Shown in pieces: positions 37,874 to 46,176 of a DNA stretch of 64,000 bases. Numbering within the stretch: position 1 is the first letter of the stretch; each line of letters opens with the position of its first letter. A program made the position numbers and the translations under genes. Below the pieces are notes generated by a model. The model did no database searches. It was not told the origin of the DNA and saw nothing but the letters and a program-made list of their open reading frames with translations. This DNA comes from a virus. Its lineage: Duplodnaviria; Caudoviricetes. The stretch is taken from IMG/VR virus record IMGVR_UViG_3300031993_000015; one strand, 5' to 3'.

Positions 37874-37902
37874 CTTAAAATAGGGGGAAAATGCGGCATA
37901 GT
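37874..37902 (+). promoter_or_regulatory. phage-type promoter copy 2 (CTTAAA-N17-CATAGT)
   Basis: Matches the repeated motif; upstream of ORF 37949. Confidence 0.65.
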
Positions 37903-37948
37903 AAGATGTCCCTGTATTTCGTAAACCCAACTGCAAAGGAGGTGTCAC

Positions 37949-38125
37949 ATGACACGAAAAGAGTACTTACAGGAAAAGCTGGCGCGTGTCGAGCGCGACA
38001 TCGAAGCAGTGAACTCCAATCCAAATCGCGGTTTCCGCGATGACGAGAGTCTCTGCTACGAGGCCGCTGCTATTCAGAAGGAGATCGACGAGCTTGAAAA
38101 GCAGGAGGCGCAGGATGAAAACTAA
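37949..38125 (+). CDS. small coiled-coil protein (58 aa, MTRKEYLQEK...)
   Basis: Translated by hand; AAGGAGGT RBS. Confidence 0.75.
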   Translation: MTRKEYLQEKLARVERDIEAVNSNPNRGFRDDESLCYEAAAIQKEIDELEKQEAQDEN

Positions 38126-38390
38126 GTTCTGTGTGTACTGCCGTGCATTGCCGCCGTCTTGTGACTGGAGAAAGCCGCTCTGCCAGTGTGACAAGAAACT
38201 CATTGATGATCCTGATTGCGATGATTGCAAGGAGTTTCTGGCTTTAGACCCGGATCAGTGCAAAGGCTGCTCTCATTACAGCCCAGACGGCGTAACTAAT
38301 GGTCGTTGGGGGAAGTGCTCAGAAAAGGGCACGGTGCTGTACGGAGCAGATTGCCCTAAGTACGATCCGAAACAGGAGCAGGCCGACTGA
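38115..38390 (+). CDS. small Cys-rich protein
   Basis: AGGAGG RBS; multiple CxxC motifs. Confidence 0.72.
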   Translation: MKTKFCVYCRALPPSCDWRKPLCQCDKKLIDDPDCDDCKEFLALDPDQCKGCSHYSPDGVTNGRWGKCSEKGTVLYGADCPKYDPKQEQAD

Positions 38391-38412
38391 GGTCTCGTTC
38401 CAAAGACAAACA

Positions 38413-38449
38413 GGGCCCGATGTAGTGGAGAAACATCGGGCTCTTTTTT
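38413..38449 (+). terminator. intrinsic terminator
   Basis: GGGCCCGATGT/ACATCGGGCTC stem plus TTTTTT. Confidence 0.8.
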
Positions 38450-38461
38450 AGCCTGTTTGAG

Positions 38462-38490
38462 CTTAATTATAGGGTTTTTTAGGGCAGTAT
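38462..38490 (+). promoter_or_regulatory. phage-type promoter copy 3 (CTTAAT-N17-CAGTAT)
   Basis: Directly follows the terminator; matches the motif. Confidence 0.7.
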
Positions 38491-38494
38491 ATAA

Positions 38495-38750
38495 TGACGT
38501 AAAAACCAATTACGTTGACTACCATCCAGGGTGAAAATCCCCTTGCAGGCCGGGCTGTGTGGCGAACGGTGCCCTTAGCATTGACGGATGGATTGGTCGC
38601 CGGGGTTCGGTAATGACCCGTGAGTCTGGGACGCTCACAAAGCCGATTTGCTGCCAGGTTCTGGGGAGAGTGCCCTATACCAGACACTTGGCAGCGCTTG
38701 TTGATTTCCTGTTCATGTTCACCAATAATAACCATCCCAGAAGGGATAGA
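38495..38750 (+). ncRNA. candidate structured RNA / long structured 5' leader
   Basis: About 270 nt between promoter and ATG with many stems: CCATCC/GGATGG, GGGTGAAAATCCC, GGGC/GCCC, GGGTT/GACCC, GTGAG/CTCAC, GCTGCCAGGT/ACTTGGCAGC. Confidence 0.45.
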
Positions 38751-38763
38751 AAGGATCGTAATC

Positions 38764-39294
38764 ATGAACATCAGCAACATCCTCACCACCGCCCTCAAGA
38801 CCCTCAATGAGATCGCACCGGGTTTCGACCCGTTGAAAGATCATCGTGCCGGTGACACGGTCAAGGGTTCGAGCCGCTTTAACGACACGATCAAAGACAT
38901 CAATGATGTCATCGTGTTGGCTGAGCACGCAGATTTCTATGCGATGCAGCCTGGCTTCGGCGGTGCCGTCTGCTTGATCTTCCAGGCAGCTGGCGTGGTT
39001 GGTGTCGCGACAACTGTTGAAACCATCGAAGATGAAGATTATGAATTGCGTCTTCATCATGGTTGCCTGCAGCCCTTCGGGGATGTGCAGGAGGTTCGTC
39101 GAGATGCCAAACTCTTCAGCATCGTGCTGACGCCTGAGAAGACAGCGAACGGAATCGAGTATGCGCTCGCAAGCGCATATCCCGGTCGTCCTGACGAACC
39201 GCCCAAAGATGAGGACCGCGAGGGACTCTCTGAGGGTCAGCGTCTCAGTGCTGCCGAAGTGAAGCGGCGCGGCTTGCGTCCGAAACAGGCATAA
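38764..39294 (+). CDS. hypothetical protein
   Basis: AAAGGA RBS before MNISNIL. Confidence 0.78.
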   Translation: MNISNILTTALKTLNEIAPGFDPLKDHRAGDTVKGSSRFNDTIKDINDVIVLAEHADFYAMQPGFGGAVCLIFQAAGVVGVATTVETIEDEDYELRLHHGCLQPFGDVQEVRRDAKLFSIVLTPEKTANGIEYALASAYPGRPDEPPKDEDREGLSEGQRLSAAEVKRRGLRPKQA

Positions 39295-39326
39295 GTCTGT
39301 TCGGCGTAGGCATGCCCATCCGGGGC

Positions 39327-39375
39327 AAAGAAAACACAGTACAAACTGAAAGGAGGAATCCCTGTGTTTTCTTTT
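39327..39375 (+). terminator. probable terminator / inverted repeat
   Basis: AAAGAAAACACAG...CTGTGTTTTCTTT 13-bp inverted repeat. Confidence 0.55.
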
Positions 39376-39383
39376 AGTCTGTA

Positions 39384-39412
39384 CTTAATCTGCCCATGTG
39401 CGGGGGCATAAT
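39384..39412 (+). promoter_or_regulatory. phage-type promoter copy 4 (CTTAAT-N17-CATAAT)
   Basis: Consensus copy; no ORF follows before the next promoter. Confidence 0.7.
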
Positions 39413-39515
39413 AGCCTGGCAACGATTATTTACTTATAGCTAACTTGAAATTTTTTAGGCTGTAGTTGTCTATTTTCAGCCTTCTGCGCAGCGCCCGTTT
39501 TGGCCTCGTTTTGAG

Positions 39516-39544
39516 CTTAATTTTGAGGCTTTTGCAGGCAGTAT
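39516..39544 (+). promoter_or_regulatory. phage-type promoter copy 5 (CTTAAT-N17-CAGTAT)
   Basis: TTGAGCTTAATT...GGCAGTATA, nearly identical to copy 3. Confidence 0.7.
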
Positions 39545-39611
39545 AAAATGAGGTTGAATCTTATCCACAACACAAACCGGAGCACAGCTCCAGAAAGGTA
39601 TCATCATCATC

Positions 39612-39920
39612 ATGAAGATTCACAAGCTCACCATCCGCAAAGACTGGCTCGCTGGAACCGTCACCGCTGCAATCTACAAGGACCACCTTGTGATTGTCAA
39701 CAAGCTCGCGTCCCGTGAAGACGAACAGTTCCTCGACAAGGAGCTCGCCAAAGAGTTCGCTGACGCGGATACCGTCATCAGCACGGGCGCCAAGGGCCTC
39801 GTGATCGACTTCGGCGGAAAGATCTACGATCTGCCCGACGAGAGCGACACGGAGGATGCCGACAGCAGCGATGACAGCGACGACGCCGAAGACGAAACCG
39901 ATAACAACAGCAATGACTGA
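39612..39920 (+). CDS. small protein with acidic tail
   Basis: AAAGG RBS; D/E/S-rich C-terminus. Confidence 0.78.
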   Translation: MKIHKLTIRKDWLAGTVTAAIYKDHLVIVNKLASREDEQFLDKELAKEFADADTVISTGAKGLVIDFGGKIYDLPDESDTEDADSSDDSDDAEDETDNNSND

Positions 39921-39930
39921 GAGGTGACAC

Positions 39931-40320
39931 ATGAGACAAATCGTGTTAACACCTGCCGGCCGTTCCGTTGTGAAGGCTTCGATCTTCGTCGCCATCTTTG
40001 CGTTCGTCGTCGGAGTCATGACGGTGATGCTGATGGATGACAACGGGTGGGGTTTCGTCCCTGCCGCGTTGGCGTCTGTCGGCATCATCGTCGCAAGTAC
40101 GCTGGCTCTCCTGGCCGGCGTGTTCGCAACTTGCTGGGCAGCGGTGACGCTGAAGGAGCGATACGACAACTGGTATATGCGCAAGGGCTTCAAGAAAGAC
40201 CTTGAGAAGCTCGCCAGGAAAGGACTCATCAACCCGAAGCATGCGAAGGTTGGCACGTCCGGTCGTAAAACCACAACAAAGAAAACCACCAAGCGGACAA
40301 GCAAGAAGTCCGCGAAGTGA
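39931..40320 (+). CDS. two-TM membrane protein with Lys-rich tail
   Basis: GAGGTG RBS; two hydrophobic helices followed by a K/T-rich tail. Confidence 0.78.
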   Translation: MRQIVLTPAGRSVVKASIFVAIFAFVVGVMTVMLMDDNGWGFVPAALASVGIIVASTLALLAGVFATCWAAVTLKERYDNWYMRKGFKKDLEKLARKGLINPKHAKVGTSGRKTTTKKTTKRTSKKSAK

Positions 40321-40323
40321 CTT

Positions 40324-40357
40324 GCGTGGGGCCGTAATGGCCCCCGCGTTTTCTTTT
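40324..40357 (+). terminator. intrinsic terminator
   Basis: GGGGCC-GTAAT-GGCCCC stem plus TTTTCTTTT. Confidence 0.75.
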
Positions 40358-40366
40358 ACAATCCAC

Positions 40367-40396
40367 CTGAAATCACCCATGTGTTGCGGGCATAAT
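40367..40396 (+). promoter_or_regulatory. phage-type promoter copy 6 (CTGAAA-N18-CATAAT)
   Basis: GCGGGCATAAT element after the terminator; weaker -35. Confidence 0.6.
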
Positions 40397-40477
40397 CATA
40401 TGAGAGCTCTTACGCTGCAACCAGTGCATTCGGCACTGACCAGCAACAAGCGTACCTAACCTATAGGAGGCACGATT

Positions 40478-42046
40478 ATGAGCATCACAAAAGAAGACAT
40501 CGGGGAACTCCGGAACGCCCTGATCAGTCTCAACGGGGTCGTCCTGCGGCTACTGGACAAGCTGCCCGGCGACCATGAACCCACTCACAACAAGCGAGAC
40601 TTCCGCGAGGAACTGGACAGGCTGTTCCACAGCTCCTCGACGGGCAGCATGGGCATCGCTGACAGCAAAGCGCCAGAGCCGCTGCATGGCTCTGCGTTCG
40701 TCGAGAATCTGCAGAGGAAGTCAGACAACCTGGATGCTCTCCGCGAAGCCAAGCAGAGTCGCATGGTGCGTACACTCATCACCAGCGACACGCCTGGCTG
40801 CGAATGGTCCGGCAACAAGAACCAGGTCCGTATCTACGGTCCCATCAAGGACGGCATCCTGGAAGGTGACGAGTTCATCGTCACGGAGTCCGGCAGTCTC
40901 AGCGACTGCATAATCAAGACGGGCGGCAGTGTCCACAACGCCAGCATCACTAACTGCCAGCTGGCTATGGGCAGTGTCACGGTGCACGGCTCCAAGGCTG
41001 TCATGTCGGACTGCTGCATCAACTCCGGCGGCAAGCTGCAGATCTGGTCCAGCGGCGCGTCGGCCGTGCACACTACGGTCTATGGCGGTGGCTACTTCAG
41101 TATCGCACATGGAGCCAGCGCTGACTTCGTGGATATCAAGGGCGGCGGCAGTGTCTGCGTCTCGGATACCGGCTGTCTTACCAGTGCCGTTGTGTCTTCC
41201 GGCGGCAACCTGTTTGTTACCAGTGCAGGCAAGCCAGTCCAGCATATCAACGTACTCAAGTATGGCAATGCGCATGTCGGCGACTGTACGGTCGGTGCCA
41301 TGAACGGCTACGGAGTTGGCAACAAGCTGACAGTCGGCTCCGGCGCCACAGTGTGTCACATGACATGCAACGACGGCGATGTTCGTGTGCTGGGTAAAGT
41401 ACAGAACTGCAACCTGCAGAACGCTGATCTGGAATTATTACGGGACGCGCATGTCTACTCGGCGCTGGCCGACAGCGGCGCACGGATCGACATAGGCTGG
41501 CATGCCAGTTCCTGGCGCTGCAGCGTGCGCACCGGCGCGAAGATCTACATTGGTACATCAGGTTCGCTGACCGAGCTGGCTGCCACAGACGCGAACACGT
41601 CTGTCTATGTGTCCTCCGGTGGGTACATAAATGGCGGCCGCATTGGCGAGAAAGCAACCTGTGTCAATGATGGGCACATCAACTCCATTGATGTTTCCGG
41701 TTACGGGACCAAGATGTCAGTTACGTCCGGCGGCACGGTCAACATCACCAGGGTCTACCAGAGCGGCTTCGTGGAGGTACAGGGAGGCGCTGGCATGAAC
41801 GCCATCGACGTTTTCGACGGAGACATCGTGGTTCACTCTGGCGGCAGCGTCGCGGAGGTCACACTTCGTGAGGGCTGGCTTCATGTGATGTCCGGCGCCG
41901 TGGTCAACAAGTGCATCCAGAGCGGCGGCACCATCATTGTCAGCTCCGATGGGATTTGCAAGGTGGAAAATCGCGGCAGCGGCTCCATCGAGACACTCAG
42001 GGGCGGCTACAGCTATGTCATGCACACAAAGGAGAACGACGAATGA
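40478..42046 (+). CDS. AIDA-like beta-helix repeat protein with N-terminal helical domain
   Basis: AGGAGG RBS; many units such as INSGGKLQIWSSGASAVHTTVYGGG and VVSSGGNLFV. Confidence 0.78.
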   Translation: MSITKEDIGELRNALISLNGVVLRLLDKLPGDHEPTHNKRDFREELDRLFHSSSTGSMGIADSKAPEPLHGSAFVENLQRKSDNLDALREAKQSRMVRTLITSDTPGCEWSGNKNQVRIYGPIKDGILEGDEFIVTESGSLSDCIIKTGGSVHNASITNCQLAMGSVTVHGSKAVMSDCCINSGGKLQIWSSGASAVHTTVYGGGYFSIAHGASADFVDIKGGGSVCVSDTGCLTSAVVSSGGNLFVTSAGKPVQHINVLKYGNAHVGDCTVGAMNGYGVGNKLTVGSGATVCHMTCNDGDVRVLGKVQNCNLQNADLELLRDAHVYSALADSGARIDIGWHASSWRCSVRTGAKIYIGTSGSLTELAATDANTSVYVSSGGYINGGRIGEKATCVNDGHINSIDVSGYGTKMSVTSGGTVNITRVYQSGFVEVQGGAGMNAIDVFDGDIVVHSGGSVAEVTLREGWLHVMSGAVVNKCIQSGGTIIVSSDGICKVENRGSGSIETLRGGYSYVMHTKENDE

Positions 42047-43428
42047 AACTTACAGCTGATACTCTGAGAGAATGCATTGAGCTCAAGAGTTGCACCAACG
42101 AAGAACTGGCGAAGCTTCAGAATGTCTTCGATGAACTCAGCAAAGGCATCAATGACATCCTGGACGAACGTACTGGATGGGACGAGATCCTGAACGACAA
42201 GCCGCATGAACCTCCCAAGATGGAACACATCTGGAATGCAGAGCCCAAAGGGAGACAACTCGATGAGCACATCTGTGGTTGCCTCAAACGGCCTGGTTTT
42301 GCTGTCTATGAGCTTCGTGAAGGATACAGCAACTGGACCATTCAGCGTCCCGCCTGGACTACAATGCATCCTGAATTTATGAGCACGCGGAATGGCATCA
42401 TGATTTCCTGCTGTGACATCAAGGATGCTACACTCGTGCTCTCCAAGTCCTACAACTTTGCAGACTCCTGTTCTGTTTGCAGTGCTGGCAGATTGGTCGT
42501 TGGTGGCAGCGCTAAGGCGAACAACACGGTTGTGCACAGCGCTGGTGATCTCCTTGTCAAGCAGGGAGGTTACGCATACGGCACGGAAGTCATGAGCGGC
42601 GGTACGCTTGAACTCAACAGCGGAGGCACTGCGAGCGGCACTGATGTCAGACGTGGTGCGCTTATGCGCGTTATTCGTAACAGCGGTGGCTGTGCATACG
42701 ATACACAGTTGACGGGTAATATGCATGTTACTGATGCCACAGTCTCTGGTGTTACTATGAGCGAAGCCCGTCTGTATGTCAACAGTGGCGCTCATGTTGA
42801 CAACGTCTGGGCCGGTTCAGACGGCTATCTGTCTATAAGCGCAGGTGTCGCATGCAACGTTGTTCTGGATCACTGCGGTGCAAAGTGTGCTGTCTGGAGT
42901 GGCGGTCGTCTGATCAACACAAGCGTTGGCCCTGACTGCAGTGTGACGGTCTACGTAAGTGGCTATGTGAACAACATAGTTATCTCCAGTGGTGCGAGCG
43001 TACACGTTCTGAATGGCGGCATTGTGAATGATGCTCGTGTTCTCCCTGGCGGGATTCTCAATGTGGACTCTGGTGGTTCCGTTCTGTCCAATGGAAAGCC
43101 TTTGAAAGGCATCTATGGATACGACTCGGAAGGCAGGAGCGTTGATCATACTTCTGATGAGTGCAAGGATGTTCACGTCTACAACATTTCCTGTGGCTGT
43201 CTCCAGGTACATAACAGTGAATCCCTGATAATTTCCAGTGGTGGCTGTGTGTATGATACGCAGATATATACAGATGGATCTGCATTCGTACATGCCGGTG
43301 GTACTCTTATACGTCCTACAGTGTTCAGTGGCGGCGCTGTTTATGTATATTCCGGTGGTGTTGTAAAACATCCCAACATAGTTGCAGGAGGCCGTATCAT
43401 CGTAAATGAAGGCGGCATTGTAAAATGA
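42043..43428 (+). CDS. AIDA-like beta-helix repeat protein with N-terminal helical domain
   Basis: AAGGAG RBS; TEVMSGGTLELNSGGTASGTDV-type repeats. Confidence 0.8.
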   Translation: MKLTADTLRECIELKSCTNEELAKLQNVFDELSKGINDILDERTGWDEILNDKPHEPPKMEHIWNAEPKGRQLDEHICGCLKRPGFAVYELREGYSNWTIQRPAWTTMHPEFMSTRNGIMISCCDIKDATLVLSKSYNFADSCSVCSAGRLVVGGSAKANNTVVHSAGDLLVKQGGYAYGTEVMSGGTLELNSGGTASGTDVRRGALMRVIRNSGGCAYDTQLTGNMHVTDATVSGVTMSEARLYVNSGAHVDNVWAGSDGYLSISAGVACNVVLDHCGAKCAVWSGGRLINTSVGPDCSVTVYVSGYVNNIVISSGASVHVLNGGIVNDARVLPGGILNVDSGGSVLSNGKPLKGIYGYDSEGRSVDHTSDECKDVHVYNISCGCLQVHNSESLIISSGGCVYDTQIYTDGSAFVHAGGTLIRPTVFSGGAVYVYSGGVVKHPNIVAGGRIIVNEGGIVK

Positions 43429-43433
43429 ACCTT

Positions 43434-43468
43434 GCGAGGGCTCCGAAAGGGGCTCTCGCTTTTCTTTT
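43434..43468 (+). terminator. intrinsic terminator
   Basis: GCGAGGGCTCC-GAAA-GGGGCTCTCGC followed by TTTTCTTTT. Confidence 0.85.
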
Positions 43469-43476
43469 AGAATGGC

Positions 43477-43505
43477 CTTAATTTGAGCTGGTTTTCGGGC
43501 ATACT
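43477..43505 (+). promoter_or_regulatory. phage-type promoter copy 7 (CTTAAT-N17-CATACT)
   Basis: Directly follows the terminator; matches the motif. Confidence 0.7.
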
Positions 43506-43602
43506 AAGATGAAGCGGTTATCGCATAGGACCGACTTCTGCGGGCTGCTGTGTCACGGTGATACAGGGCTGAAGAAACCTCCAAAAAGAAAGGAGATAAA
43601 CT

Positions 43603-44037
43603 ATGAAAGTTATCACTACTTACCAGTTCGATTTCATGTTTGATTTTGACAAGAACTTTGTTTTTCTCGAAGACATCGCTACGGCTATTCAGAATGATGC
43701 CAGCTTGAAGAGGGCTGTTGAAATCTACAACATGGACGGAAAACCGGAAGAGCATTTTTCGTGGTTCCCTGTCAGGTATACGGCTGCAGAGCGCAAAGCA
43801 GCCAAAGATAACGATATAGAACTTCCGGCATGGATTCCTCTCTATTATGAGGAAAATTCCTATGACGATAAGTGGTCTGATATCGACTTCTTCCAAGGGA
43901 ATGTTCGGGTTGCTCTTCATTGGCCATTCGGTGATAACATCAGTTATCGCGTCACGGGGCAAGATAACTGGTGCCATGAGGCCTGGAGTGAATGCCAGGC
44001 CTTGTGGAACGAGCGCCAGAAAAAGAAAATGGCCTGA
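43603..44037 (+). CDS. hypothetical protein (single-gene cassette)
   Basis: AAGGAG RBS; bounded by promoter and terminator; AT-richer codons. Confidence 0.8.
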   Translation: MKVITTYQFDFMFDFDKNFVFLEDIATAIQNDASLKRAVEIYNMDGKPEEHFSWFPVRYTAAERKAAKDNDIELPAWIPLYYEENSYDDKWSDIDFFQGNVRVALHWPFGDNISYRVTGQDNWCHEAWSECQALWNERQKKKMA

Positions 44038-44045
44038 AAAGATTT

Positions 44046-44081
44046 GACTGGAAGCCCTCCGGGCAACCAGTCTTTTCTTTT
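44046..44081 (+). terminator. intrinsic terminator
   Basis: GACTGG..GCCC/GGGC..CCAGTC plus TTTTCTTTT. Confidence 0.75.
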
Positions 44082-44089
44082 AGAATGTA

Positions 44090-44119
44090 CTTGAATACGC
44101 GCATAAATGAGGGCATAAT
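44090..44119 (+). promoter_or_regulatory. phage-type promoter copy 8 (CTTGAA-N18-CATAAT)
   Basis: Directly follows the terminator; heads the 44.2-52 kb operon. Confidence 0.65.
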
Positions 44120-44212
44120 CTACTGAGGGACTATATAACCAACCGACTGGAGCAGCGAATGGGTCGCTGTCTCTGATAGTCACCAACGGTTCCTCAGAAA
44201 GGATGGCCTCTA

Positions 44213-44551
44213 ATGGAGGAAATCACAAAGTATAAAAGACCGAGAAACGAGGTAATGGCGCAGGCTCTTAGCGTCATGCTGAAAGTGCAGGAACTCCTGC
44301 AGTCGCACATCAGGTGGTTCGAGTCCATGCGGCCCGATCAGCCTGTGGCCGGCGCACTCGTCAACCTGTCCAAGCAGATCCGCGCTGCGGACGAAGAGAA
44401 AGACCCGGAGCACTCCATCATCGGAGGCTCGTTCTATTTCTTCGTGACGCGGAAGTGCCCGCACACGGCGCAGTCCGCGAGCCTCGCCCTGGCTGAGAAG
44501 TTGTTCGACGTGAACTGCGGTATCGAGCAGCTCAAGTCCCAGCTGATCTGA
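44213..44551 (+). CDS. hypothetical protein
   Basis: AAAGGA RBS. Confidence 0.72.
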   Translation: MEEITKYKRPRNEVMAQALSVMLKVQELLQSHIRWFESMRPDQPVAGALVNLSKQIRAADEEKDPEHSIIGGSFYFFVTRKCPHTAQSASLALAEKLFDVNCGIEQLKSQLI

Positions 44552-44558
44552 GGTGCCT

Positions 44559-44933
44559 ATGAAAGAAGAAACAAGACAGGCACTGTCGGATCTCAGCCGG
44601 CAGGTTGAGAAGCTCCAGAACACGATGATCGTCATGATGCGCTTCATGCGAGTGCTATACGATCACACGAGGGCCGACATCTATCTCACCAGTGACAATG
44701 TGCACGACAAGATGTTCGGTGATGTCTGCGACACTGACTGCAAGTACGCGGACAAGGCGTTCCTGGAATGGCTCAGGCATGAGGCTGTGTATGACATCGA
44801 CAGCGACGTCGTGCGCCCCTTCCTGACTATCGACCAGGAGCTCTACGGTCTTGACGGCGACAAGACCAAAGACTACAAGGACACCGTGTACAAAGACGGT
44901 GCATTCATCGCCGATCTCATGAACTTTAACTGA
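44559..44933 (+). CDS. hypothetical protein
   Basis: GAGGTG RBS. Confidence 0.75.
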   Translation: MKEETRQALSDLSRQVEKLQNTMIVMMRFMRVLYDHTRADIYLTSDNVHDKMFGDVCDTDCKYADKAFLEWLRHEAVYDIDSDVVRPFLTIDQELYGLDGDKTKDYKDTVYKDGAFIADLMNFN

Positions 44934-44944
44934 AGGAAATCAAA

Positions 44945-45370
44945 ATGGACGACAACAAGAAAATCAATATCAACCCCGCCATGCGCGAACAGCTGGACGC
45001 CGCGAAGAAACTGCTCGACTCTGACCCTGAACTGAATGAAGCCTTCGAGCTCTTCAAGTTCAAACAGGATATCTCCATCATCTTAGAGCGCTGCGTGAAG
45101 TATCAGGACATCATCGTCGCGCTGAACAAGGTGGACGCCCTGAAGACGCACCCGCAGGTCATGGTCGAGTACGCGAACAAGGGCGAGGAAGCCAACGCAG
45201 AGTTCCACAAGCGTGTCGAAGAAGCGCACGACAGCGGTGTTCTCGACGACAAGCACTACGAAGAACTGAACACGATGTATCGGGTGTTCCAGCTCGGTAT
45301 CATGCTTATCAAGCTGTTCGACAACAAGAAGGAGTCTGACGATGGATCTGAAGACGAAAATCAGAACTGA
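44945..45370 (+). CDS. hypothetical helical protein
   Basis: AAGGA RBS; strong codon bias. Confidence 0.78.
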   Translation: MDDNKKININPAMREQLDAAKKLLDSDPELNEAFELFKFKQDISIILERCVKYQDIIVALNKVDALKTHPQVMVEYANKGEEANAEFHKRVEEAHDSGVLDDKHYEELNTMYRVFQLGIMLIKLFDNKKESDDGSEDENQN

Positions 45371-45665
45371 GCTGGAGAAGGCTCACTGCGCCGCCCTGAA
45401 AACGGGCGGCACGGTGGATTCCGCCGCAGCCGACGTCATCGCGGCCGGCTGCATCTTCAAGCATGTCACCGGTGCGGACTTCAGCAAGTCCATCCAGTGG
45501 ACGCGCAACAACGACAACGCCGTCACCGGCGGCGTGCTGTATATCAAGGGCATCAAGATATGCATTGGCGGGTCCAGCAAAAAGACAATCACAAGGGAGC
45601 TGGCTTTCCACGTGCACAAGCTGCTGCCCTATTTCATCGGAGAGGAGCTTGTGGCAAATGGCTAA
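45342..45665 (+). CDS. hypothetical protein
   Basis: AAGGAG RBS. Confidence 0.72.
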   Translation: MDLKTKIRTELEKAHCAALKTGGTVDSAAADVIAAGCIFKHVTGADFSKSIQWTRNNDNAVTGGVLYIKGIKICIGGSSKKTITRELAFHVHKLLPYFIGEELVANG

Positions 45666-46176
45666 CTGCTGCGACATTTCGGTTCATATCGTGATCCCGG
45701 ACAAGGAACAGGCGAAGGCCTGCTACCAGTGGCTGGAAGACGCCCGCATGGAAGCTGACAAGAAAGGCGAAGGCTTCCAGCTTGGAAACGCCAAGCAGTG
45801 GGTGTTCGACAGCGACGTTGAAATCGACAGCAACGACGTATCCATCTACGGGTGGATCAAGTGGGGCTGGGATGACAACGTCCCGGAGGACTTCGTGAAG
45901 ACCATGCTGGACAAAGGCTGGAACATTGCGGAAGTCAACTGCGAGTTCCACGAGCAGTCCAACCTGTATCATGGTGAGTGGAGCTACGACGGCGGCACGG
46001 GTGTGCTGGAGATCCGCGTTCTGAAGAGTGCATACGTGGACAAGTTCTACGAGGGGCTCACAGAAAAGGACCTCGATGCTGATGACCACTACGACAAACT
46101 GATGGCATACATCGAAGCTGCGCCCGATGACCAGTTCGAAATCTGGACAACACAACTCAAGGAGGTGTCTGAGTGA
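45658..46176 (+). CDS. hypothetical protein, possibly YubB/DUF1281-like ferredoxin fold
   Basis: GAGGAG RBS; MANCCxI...KW...FHEQ...GEW pattern loosely resembles that family. Confidence 0.6.
   Translation: MANCCDISVHIVIPDKEQAKACYQWLEDARMEADKKGEGFQLGNAKQWVFDSDVEIDSNDVSIYGWIKWGWDDNVPEDFVKTMLDKGWNIAEVNCEFHEQSNLYHGEWSYDGGTGVLEIRVLKSAYVDKFYEGLTEKDLDADDHYDKLMAYIEAAPDDQFEIWTTQLKEVSE

Noticed and set aside
38528-38545. GGGTGAAAATCCC as part of an FMN or cobalamin riboswitch or a group II intron
   Set aside because: Only the T-loop-like hairpin matches; the other FMN elements, the B12 box and intron domain V were not found. Kept as an unknown structured RNA.
38860-38880. GGTTCGAGCC resembling a tRNA T-arm
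   Set aside because: It lies inside a well-formed CDS with no cloverleaf. No tRNA genes were recognised in the window.
39441-39457. AACTTGAAATTTT as a sixth copy of the 23-bp palindrome
   Set aside because: Only a partial match of about half the motif.
37874-44119. Integron cassette array
   Set aside because: No integron integrase or attC-type sites; the cassettes carry their own promoters and terminators.
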